A stretch of DNA of 61,881 bases, filler included, from Choristocarpus tenellus KU-1152 (Eukaryota > Protista > Phaeophyceae), in assembly GCA_964200185.2 (NCBI GenBank). It is 10 parts of 10 records of this genome, joined end to end, with 100 filler letters (N's around TTAATTAATTAA, not from the genome) between each part and the next. Parts side by side here need not be neighbours in the genome. Positions count along the whole stretch, not along the records: positions 51,160 to 58,743 come from CAXNAD020005931.1; positions 58,844 to 61,881 come from CAXNAD020022771.1; 8 more parts are not named here. The stretch is one strand, 5' to 3'. This document shows, piece after piece, positions 52,338-61,881 of this stretch; within the stretch, counting starts at the first letter, position 1, and each line of letters opens with the position of its first letter. A program made the translations under genes and the position numbers. The notes below the pieces were generated by a model. The model had not been told where the DNA came from. It ran no database searches and saw only the letters and a list, made by a program, of their open reading frames with translations.

Positions 52338-55300
52338 TATGAGAAGTAGCACAGTGCGTAGTACCTCTGACCGCAGTGAAGGTAGCAATAAACCTTTAGG
52401 CTCTTGAAGAGATGGCACGGCTCACCACTATTGTTGTTGTTTTGTGCTATTTAGAGTGTGACAACAGCACCGCCTGTCCGGTCAGTCAGCTAGGGATAGC
52501 GATTTGTTCTTTGTGGTCATCTATTGTCATGAGATTGTCATGAGACTGTCATGAGACTGTCATGAGATTGTTGTGAGACTGGAGAGCGAGAGAATGCAAA
52601 CGTGGTGCTACCTGACCTCCAAGAGGTGGATCCCTGGCCGATTTGCAAAGGTCCGCTCTGTTTCAGGATAGAATTAGTGATGATAATCACACAGTGGTAA
52701 TATTTAATTTAGCTGTGGTTGAAGGGCAAAAGTTGCCCTTGTCTTCTTATTTTTCCAATTGTGACATTCGAGTGGTGTTGAGAGTCGGGGGGGGATTGCT
52801 CAGCACCCCCACCAGAAAATCGTTAACCAGCAGGAAGTTGTGTGACAGGTAAGCATGTCAAGTGCCGACAGCCACGTCGTTGTGTTACCAGTACACTGTG
52901 GTGCCTTGCCACCATCAGATCTCCGCGGTCACCTTGATATTGTTTTGCCAAGGAATGAAATCAACCGAACATTTCCGTAGGTGCGTGACTCGAAAAGGAA
53001 AGTCAAAAGAAAAAGGAAAGTCTTTTTTTTTATTGTCGAACATATTTTTTTTACTCTTTAATGCCATTTTTTTTTTTGCCCTTGCAGAGCAATCAATAGT
53101 TAACATGTGTATATGTGTATATATATATATGTATATGTGTAGTTGACTACTGCTCCTCCGCAATTCCAGTCTATTTTGTTGATATCGCCCTGACCCTGTG
53201 CTAGCAGGTACGTCGATTCGCTTGCTTATGCCCTTCGGGCCCTGTCCATCCATCTCCTGTTGGTCCTGATGCTGGGGGGGGAGCTGGAGTGCTCTCGGGG
53301 GGTGGTGAGATCGATGAGGGACCAAGCAAGGGGGGAGGTAACAAGCAGGAAGGAGGAGGACAATGAGGTGTCAGTCTCCAACATTGCATTGGGGCATGTG
53401 ACTCTACTTGGGGAGCATGCAGGCGCACTCCTGGTAGGTTGACCCTGGCTAGGATACGTGATTGTGATAGATTATGCTGAGGTAGAAAAAAACGTGTACC
53501 TTTTTGTCTGCTACGACTGCATCGCCCCCACACAAGGCCCGGTTCACTTGCTGAAACTCATTTGATCGTACCCCTACCACCACAGCTGCATTGAATGGAC
53601 ATTTCATTATATTTATTTTGCTGTCAGTGTAGTAGATCGCTGTCTTTGTCGGAGGGAACCGCCCTTGCTTTTTCCTCATTATATATTTTTTTATCACAGC
53701 ACCAGTGCTTTTGGAGGCGTTTTCTGCATATTCTTGTCTTTGCAGGAGAAGGCTCCCTCCCTCTCTCCCTCTCTCCCTCTCTCTCTCTCATTCGTGTATG
53801 TACGTGTGTATAGCTGCGTCACGGGTTCAATGTTGCTTATTCCATTCCCAAGCCGGCAAGCAGTGTTTAAGACTTACAAACAACATGACCCTCGATTTGA
53901 GTCTGTGCTGGTCTTCTAATCTTGTAAAGTCCTTTTCGTTTGTTTGGTCCTGCTATAAATATGTTAGTGTTGTAGGGGGTTTGATGAGATGAGTTTGTTC
54001 GTCTGTTCTCTTGTTCCCAACATCCAGTCGCACCTTCCAAGAGTGAGAGGAAATGCCCTCCCACCCCAATTGCCACACTCACCATGAAGCCAACACAGTT
54101 CAGATTGACCCTTGTGTGTGCCCTGGGATGGGTGGACTCAGGTGGTGCTCTCAAGCCCAGAAGCTGATACAGCTCTCTCTCACCAAGAACTACGATCTTG
54201 GTCATGTCGGGTTGATGTCAGGAAGCCACAGCTGCTGTCAACAGTCACAAGCGGTGATCAGGGATCTACAAGAGGTGACTGCGGAAGTTCAACGATATCA
54301 AAGGATGTGGCGGTTTCAGATTTGACTGTGACCAACGCCCTGCTGGGTGAGTCGGCGAGAAGGCTGGCGGCATTGTTTGATACAGGAAAGGAGGGAGAAG
54401 GACTGGTAGCCAAGCAGACTTGGGAAGGGTTGATTGAAGAGGCTGATCGAAGGTTAGCCCTTGCACAACAGGGAGGGAATGACAGTGTCACCAGGCAACA
54501 AGGGGAAGATGGTAGTTCCAGGGAAGTAGTGGAGGGGAACAGAGACGAAGAGGAGATGTGACTGCTTTGCGAGGTTTGATACACTGGCACACAGCCTCTT
54601 TTGTATATATTGCAATAGTGTGTAAGCATCTCTCTTTGAGGTTATTGTTAGGGTGGAGCTTGAAGGCTGCGACTAGGTGTTTCAAAAGCAACTTGTAGAA
54701 GCAACTAGCCCTGCCTTGTAGTGTCTGTCTGCATCTAAGTTTGAGGTGAACAAGACTGTTCCAGACGAGGGTGGTGATACATAGAGTATAAAAGGGCGTC
54801 ATGGATGCTTATGGTGTATATTTTCTCAGAAGACATGTTGACTAGGTCTCTTGACATGAATGTTAACACGGGATTGAGCGGAAATAGGTAGATCCAAGGG
54901 CACCCATCCATGCTTTGCAAGAGGGTTAACATAATATGATTAGTGATGTGGGTCGAGCACACATTTTCGCTCAGGTGTTGATTCAAATTTTTGATATAAT
55001 AGTTGAAATAAATATTTTTGCTGACTGCTTATTATTTGTTTTGGGTCCCCGGAGTAGGTTGGTAGCAATAGACAGATTCAGGTCTATCCTTTTCTAACTT
55101 TCTAAATCGAATTTTCGAATTCATATACGTGTTTGTAGGTCAGTAATGTGTTCTAAATGTGAACCTTACCCTGCGTGTGTGTGGTCATCATCCTCCTCCT
55201 TGATGAGGTGAAGAACTCCAATGTGTGCAAAGAGCTGCAGCATGTTGTCACAGTTTCTGCTGTTTTGTTTGGTCTGATCTGCAATTATGTATCCCTTTTA

Positions 55301-56340
55301 TTTTCAGTAGCAGTAGCCTTGTTGGTAGTAAGTGTGCAGGAAGTTGGATTAATTTCTTCTAGCAGCAGCCGGAACGATAGACACATTACGGTGAAATAAT
55401 TAGCTCACAATCATGGCAAAACCTTCAGAGTGATACATTGAAACTCGGAGTGTCATCTCCCAGAAAATTGAATTTTTCAGGCCATTCAGTTCTGTAGAAG
55501 GGAGCAAATTTCGAATTTTCTGATGCACGGTGTAGTTTGTCACTGGGGAGGAGCTCGTTCAAATGAGGCCCAATCTGACACCATGTTGTGCACGTGTGCG
55601 CACTCTGTTAGCATTTTAAGACGTGTACCTACCTCATTCAAGTGACGATGATAGTGCCTTCTTTTTGTTTTTGTTTTTTGTTACACTGTATGTTATGTGT
55701 GAACGTGTGTTGTCTGATGTGTATCACTTCCACTACGTACACCTTCATGCACAGCATCGATATTACCTGCACTGCCTATTCTCTCCTCCGCCCCTTCTTC
55801 TAGAGTTGTTGTGGTTGTCGACAGCATTACTCCGAATTATTTATTCATAATCAGTGATCTTCAATTTATCATTATTTTGTAGTAGTAGTAGTCGTGATAA
55901 CGTTATGTTTAAACAACGACTGATGATGATGGGTATTGAGAAAAAATAACATCAAAAACAGTAATGATGTTTTAGGAAACGATGATAAGGAGAACAACAA
56001 CTAGTGAATAAGGAAGCTAGTAATGACAGTAGCAGTTGTTGTAGTTACATCTCCACTCCACTGTTGCATCCCTTTACGAACTTGAAGACTCCAAGCATTG
56101 TATTTCCTCCCTTCAACCTCCAGACGCATCCCCCTGCAAAAAGCAGGCCCGCGAAGTTGGTCAGTTCTTCCAGGTGTGATGTGAGCATACGTAATTCCCT
56201 GTGTGCATCAGAACAGCATGTTAGTATGTCCTTCTCCTTGACGTATGTAGAAAAACTGAAACCAGAAGTGATTGAAGGTAGTGTGGTTGCCCGTGAGGAT
56301 AGTATCAGCAATGGAAAGAGTGGATGTTAGAAACAACATA

Positions 56341-56596
56341 GAGCCAAAGCATTTAAGAGGGTAGGGGTTTTGCCCTGTTTGTCCGTTCGGGGCTTGGCTT
56401 CCCACGGGTTTTCTGTGCCCTTTTTTCGGTTTTCTGTGTGAGCACAGATACCTGAAATGTGTATGACTATGGAAGGTGAGTTTAGAGCAAGGATATTGAC
56501 ACTTGCTAACACGATAGCCAAAATTCATCAAAATCGCAACATTGGATCTATGACGCCAAACGGATGCGGCCCTGCTCCTCTTAAATGCTTTGGCTC
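56341..56596 (-). mobile_element. MITE family A, variant subfamily, reverse orientation
   Basis: TIR GAGCCAAAGCATTTAAGAG at both ends; the internal sequence is the reverse complement of family A. No TSD seen. Confidence 0.85.
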
Positions 56597-57389
56597 AAAC
56601 ACAAAATGACCAATACAACGCATGCATACGTATACTACTACCAACCACATGGTTGGGTGCACAAACTATGTGTTGGAGTGTATGTACTATTGGTGCTCTG
56701 GGGATTAGTGTTTCATTGTGTGCAGGAGGCACACACACACACACGGCGTGGCTCATGCGTGTGCCACCCCCAACAATTTTTCGGGAATGTCTTGCGTTTG
56801 TGGCATATGGTAGGATAAGTGTAATTTTGGTCCGTTTTGGTTATAACTATGCCGATGTTGACGATATCTAATGTGTGGTATGCTGTATGCACTGACTCAT
56901 GCGCCCAGAGTCCTACTTGCATCAATATTTTGAAGGAATGTCAAACGTACACTCAGACATTAAGACAAGGTACGGATGGCAGAATTTTTCTTTATCTGGT
57001 GGGGAGTTTTAGATACTATACACTACTAATGGTTTCGATGTATATGCATGACATGGCACATGTATGTGTAAATAAACATGACGTAAACATTGTACACTCC
57101 TATATGCTGTATCTTGTTGGCGGTTATATATATTAGACACTACTAATAGAAGTGATAGTTTCGATATGTGTACGGCATGATGCACGTGTATGTATATACA
57201 CAGACATGAGGTAAAGGTTGTACGCTGTTGTGTTCAAGGGAAAATTGTTCTGCCACATGTATCCAATGTGCGATACAAACAACTATGGTGGACACCAGGA
57301 GTGGGAATGATAGTGTTTAAGGACTGTATCATTTGACAACACGAAAGTACAGGGAAAGAGCGTGTAGTAGTATGTTCACCTAGGGTTGG

Positions 57390-57720
57390 TTGTCACACGT
57401 ACATGTATGCACTCACACCAAGGAAAAAAAAGGCAATCTTGTCTTGGGTGTGTCCCACCAAAAGAAGATGTACCTTGACCCTCTTGGTTACTCCCCTCGG
57501 TACCAGGAGGGCAATATATCCCAAGAAGTTGTCATTGTTCTCCATGAGAAGGATAATGGTGAATTTTGGTAAGTAATAACGTTGGGCATGCACGTACTCG
57601 ACGTAACTTCCGACTGTTCATGAAAGACGGGAACACAGGGAGGTGGAAGAAGGGTGTAGTAGGCTACAGAGAAGATTTGATGTGATGTTGGGTTAGGAAG
57701 ATTTGCTGCATACTTCAAAG
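57390..57720 (-). pseudogene. Fragment of a second Sola-type (Sola1-related, GHTHEDIDQ-type) transposase
   Basis: ENNDNFLGYIALLVPRGVTKRVKVHLLLVGHTQDKIAFFF resembles ENKNxxxLxYLAxLVxxGVFxxVxxxFLxVGHTHEDIDQxF; catalytic residues are eroded. Confidence 0.65.
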
Positions 57721-58144
57721 TATATAATAAGTGCGTTACGAATTGAACAATGGGGGTTTGATGGCAGCAAAAACGGAAGGACTCGACAGTTCGTATCTTG
57801 AGGAGTTATCCATCTGCACATGCAAGAAATAGATTTGGCCGTCGCTTCCCTGCATACAATGTCACTGAAAGAGGGTCTTGAGAGTGTGGTGGATGGAGAT
57901 GCTCATCAAGCTTCACCCTGCCAGATACGAGATGGATTGGAGTGAGTGAGAAAGGGCGGTTGTGTAAGTAGAAACATAAGCATATTATATGTGTATGCCA
58001 ATGCGTGTTGTTTGTGTGAAGAGTTTGGTTGTCTCAGGAGTAAAACAGAATATGACAGGCGACAGGACGGAATAGTGGGCTAGGGGCAGATCCTTACTGG
58101 TATCCAAGGTCTGAGATACTGTGAATAGTTTCACGACAAATATT

Positions 58145-58403
58145 GAGTCAGTGTAGATGAGAGGTACCCAAGTTTTGATCGTTTTGCATTTTAAGCCAGT
58201 TTTGTAATCTTTCGCAATTCACCCATATTTTTATGGATGAAGTGCTAAGTTTGACTTGAGAGTGCTTATTTCTCTTTTCTTTCAGAAATTTCGACACCAT
58301 TCAGAAAACATCCTAAATACATTTGTGAAAATAGGCGAGTTTTCAACATATTTATCAGCACCCTTAAAATGCGACTCTGGGTACATCTCGGTTACTTTGA
58401 CTC
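58145..58403 (+). mobile_element. MITE family B, full copy
   Basis: GAGTCA...GAGAGGTACCCA / CTGGGTACATCTCGGTTACTTTGACTC; aligns with 41147-41408. Confidence 0.85.
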
Positions 58404-59490
58404 TCCTTCAATGAAGAATTCGCGAATTTTCTTTATCGCCAAGGCTCTCCCCTTTTTTGTGTGTGCCCGGAAGATGTGTCGAGGTTTGATAGGGTTGTCA
58501 GTCGAGGAGGAAGGAAACTGGGCAGGGGTCAGACACAGACATTCTGCAACTATTTCGATTTCATGGTGGATGTAGTATGAGAAACACACCAATCATTTGC
58601 AGGTGCTAGATGTGATTTGAAAGGTTCTAGGGATCTGATAGGACAATTGTTCATTATTGACGGAATGGTCTGTTAAGAATATGCTTTTTATTCATGTGCA
58701 AAAGAAGATTCTGTAGAAGAAACAATTTAAGAATGAAGAGACGNNNNNNNNNNNNNNNNNNNNNNNNNNNNNNNNNNNNNNNNNNNNTTAATTAATTAAN
58801 NNNNNNNNNNNNNNNNNNNNNNNNNNNNNNNNNNNNNNNNNNNCCCCCTCGCACCTCGCCCGCCGGCGGAGGCCCTCCCCCCCCCCCCCCCCCGCTCAGT
58901 GAAATAAATATCATTCTTAAAAAAAAAAAGAGAGGAAACATTGTTTTGTTGTTGTTGTCAAATCAGAAAGATTCCTCAATATCACCACAGGTCGATGTCC
59001 TCGCAATAACTACACCTACAAAAGAAATTTAACATTGTTGAAACATCAATAGTATATGAGATAATGTACGTGATGATGATACTCCAAAACTCCAAAATAT
59101 TTTGTAGAAATAATAAAAATATTATTAAATCTCTACCGATATGAGTATAATAGGTATATCAATACTCAAAAGCAAGAAAGAAATGAAAATCCTTTTACTA
59201 TTATTATTATTATGAACTATCTTTCACATTTACGACAAATGCTACTTTTACAGGGGTTCTTACCATATTAAATTTACTTTTCATTGGCTTTTCCCTCGAC
59301 ACATCTGCAAAATGTCAGAGGGCATAATTATATATTAATAGAACTACATGACATAATTTTTTTATTCCTAAATATACAATAATACCCTACTCAATAAAAT
59401 CTAATGAACTCATAAACAAACTTCACATATGTAAAAGTAACTATTCCATCAAATGTAATAAGAATAATTATTATAAATAATTATTCTCAC

Positions 59491-60835
59491 TTTGATGGTG
59501 TACTTGATCATGGAGGAACTACGTTCCACCCTGGGGGCAAGATATGCCACCAGTCCCTTCTGTCTGCAGGCCACCACCAACATGGCGATTGAGATCATTG
59601 CCTCCATCAAGACCTTTGAGTGACATTACAATCAAACAAATAAAACCAAAAAATGTGGGTTGTAGTCAAAAGGGGCGGGTGGGGGGACAAGGCATTATTA
59701 GTTCATTTATGTGGCATGCGATACCTCCTCCTGTCACCATAGTTTGAAACATGTAATCAGGTTCCATCAATTCCCCAATTATTTTTTTTGCAACGGTTCT
59801 AAATGGGAGGAATAATAAGAGTATCATAAAAAGAATACCATCAGAAAAAAAGAACCATAAAAATAAAACCAAGGACGATACCTTGGGACAAGGTCCATTT
59901 GCATCTACAAACAACAAGATACTCCCATTACTCTCAATAGTATCATATGCAAATACATACACACTCTAAATTTGGGGACTCGTCAGCAAAAAAAAAGAAG
60001 GCATTCTCATAGTGTTTCCTATCAATTTCTTCCTACTTACTAAATAAATTGGATGTCAGCGAAAGGGGGCGCGCATAATGGCATCGTACTTCCAAATGTT
60101 AACAATTCAACATACATCTTACATCTTCAAAACGCTATGATTGTACCCTAAAAAACATGTGTATATGCAATAGTATGCAAACACGAGGGTTCAAACCCCA
60201 CCCCGTTCAATCTTTTTTTCGCATCTGATTCTTGTCTTCTCATGCCACACATTACTACCATTACTAACACTACTACCACTCACCTCCACCCATAGCGGTA
60301 TCTCAACAGCCAGGAGAAGGCGAGACAAACGTGCCGTGAACGCCTTCATAAACGAAAACGCAACCAGCACACCCACCAATACCAACGCCTGCCCACAGTA
60401 TTGATAGCAATAAGTGAAAAGGGAGTGAGTGGAGTGGGTTTGTCAGAGAAGTCATCACAGGGCGTTTTCACGGGGCTGGAGGTAAAAGGGCCCCCCAACT
60501 CTAACACAGGAGAAATACATTCCATCTCTGTCCAGGAAAAAACATTTTACAAATGGTTTCCTGTGCCGTGAGAAGCCATCCGCCTTGTACACAAACAATG
60601 ATGCCGTTTATGTGGTCACTGCAATGCCACCATCATACACTTAGTCCCACATCGAAATTTTGAAAAGGGGAAAAATTAGGTTGTCAGTGCCATTCAGAGT
60701 ATGGCGGATCACTTCTTCAACATCACAGTGTGTACTAAAGGTATCAATTGCTACATGCATCCGACGCACTATACCCGCCTGCCTAACATTCCTACACACA
60801 CATATATCAAGGATTCCTTTGAGACAGACAGATCA

Positions 60836-60874
<39 letters not shown>

Positions 60875-61099
60875 TGGCTCTAAATGAACTCAGGGAGGAG
60901 GGGGGGAGGGGGGCAAGGGAGGGAGGGGAGAGTTACAGGACAGAACGGGATACAACGGGACATTTTGCACCTGTATAGACGCCTCCTTTTTGGTGGTCTT
61001 CTCGTCATTAGGCCTGTAGGCAATGCGAGACAAGGCTAGCACACTCATGGCATTTGATGCATCCAACACATCAAACCACATAGGGTGATCACAACAACT
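59491..61099 (-). CDS. Internal exons of an unknown, probably multi-pass membrane protein
   Basis: Three open phase-0 exons with AG/GT borders: 61099-60971, 60388-60284 and 59613-59491. They give SCCDHPMWFDVLDASNAMSVLALSRIAY...ALVLVGVLVAFSFMKAF...VLMEAMISIAMLVVACRQK, with hydrophobic stretches. No family recognised. Confidence 0.5.
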
Positions 61100-61881
61100 C
61101 TGGCAGTAACATGTCAATTGGGGGAGGTGTAGTGGGGGAGTCAGCAGGCAGTGGGCTATGTGTGGCGTGTGTGTGTACCTGTCTGTGTGTCTGTGTGTGC
61201 ATTGTCCCTCAGAAACGACTGAAAATAGAGCTGAGATGGAAGGGGTTGGGATGGGGGTGGGGGGGTGCACAGTAAGCATGAATAAAAAGAAACATATGAA
61301 CTGATTAGGCAATGCATTCACATACTTGCATAGCATATGCTAGTATGATTACCAAGCCTACTGTTTCCTCAGAATGATCCGTAAGACTACATACTAATAT
61401 AAACAATGATAATAGTAGTAGTAGCAAAGGTAAAGAAAATAATAAAATACAAATATTCCGTTGCTCATATCCTCTTCTCTGCATGGTGTCATCACTCTGT
61501 TGAATATAAACAATCGCCAGTAGACATGCTAGGAAACCCTTTACAGCCAACACCTACCATAAACTGGACATAGTACACTATAGTAGTAGTAAGGCATAAG
61601 TTGGCCCTGGACATACATATAAAATACAATATGAACCCTGAGCGAAAACTGCTTATTGACAACAGAAAGAGGACAAAATGATCAATCTTACAGTATTCAT
61701 ACACAGTATTCAGATGTGTGTGTAGATATATATGTTGAGTATGTATTTCAGGGAAAGGTTTGCCAAATGCAACAATAAAACATTCTTCCCTTAAAATTAT
61801 ACCGAGACAAAAGCCCCCCCCCCTCCCCTCCATTCATTCTCCTTCCTCTCTCTCCTAGTCGGTACCTCTTCAATTGATCAC

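Noticed and set aside
52023-52418. 131-aa repetitive ORF (STDQVPIKY repeats)
   Set aside because: Translation of an 11-bp minisatellite.
14308-58843. Recurrent palindromic TTAATTAATTAA between N runs
   Set aside because: Identical 100-bp assembly linker with six-frame stops; not biological. Linkage across linkers cannot be inferred.
60060-60205. tRNA or SINE-like B-box GGGTTCAAACCC
   Set aside because: No cloverleaf or properly spaced A-box could be built.
118-61833. Most short ORFs in the supplied six-frame track
   Set aside because: Chance ORFs in introns, repeats or antisense to real exons; the real genes here are spliced.

Overview
This is intron-rich eukaryotic nuclear DNA, not prokaryotic. 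It is probably a stramenopile and plausibly a brown alga, inferred from the RTE and mariner relics, the FN3 gene type and the TTAGGG motifs. The window is 10 separate contigs joined by 9 artificial 100-bp linkers (44 N + TTAATTAATTAA + 44 N), so adjacency across linkers means nothing. Four spliced genes were reconstructed by hand. They are an EDR2 C-terminal (DUF1336) protein (+, about 0.8-5.9 kb), a convergent complete 9-exon, 529-aa AMPK/MARK/SNF1-related kinase with a GC-AG intron (-, 6167-10483), the last three exons of a fibronectin-III repeat protein (+, 23481-25794), and three exons of an unknown membrane protein (-, 59491-61099). The rest is mostly transposon-derived: CRE-like and RTE LINE relics, a mariner relic and satellites. 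Three patterns stand out. (1) A Sola-like DNA transposon system: three miniature non-autonomous families share a GRG-YC-AAAGTA terminus, with 11 copies of the main ~260-bp family showing 3-4-bp target duplications, alongside two decayed Sola-type transposases. (2) A TRIM-like mini LTR family with only ~68 bp between LTRs and a probable tRNA-Gln primer site. (3) A CpG-island versus CpG-depletion pattern suggesting germline CpG methylation. No CRISPR array, rRNA or tRNA is supported. Family assignments come from motif recognition only; no database search was run.
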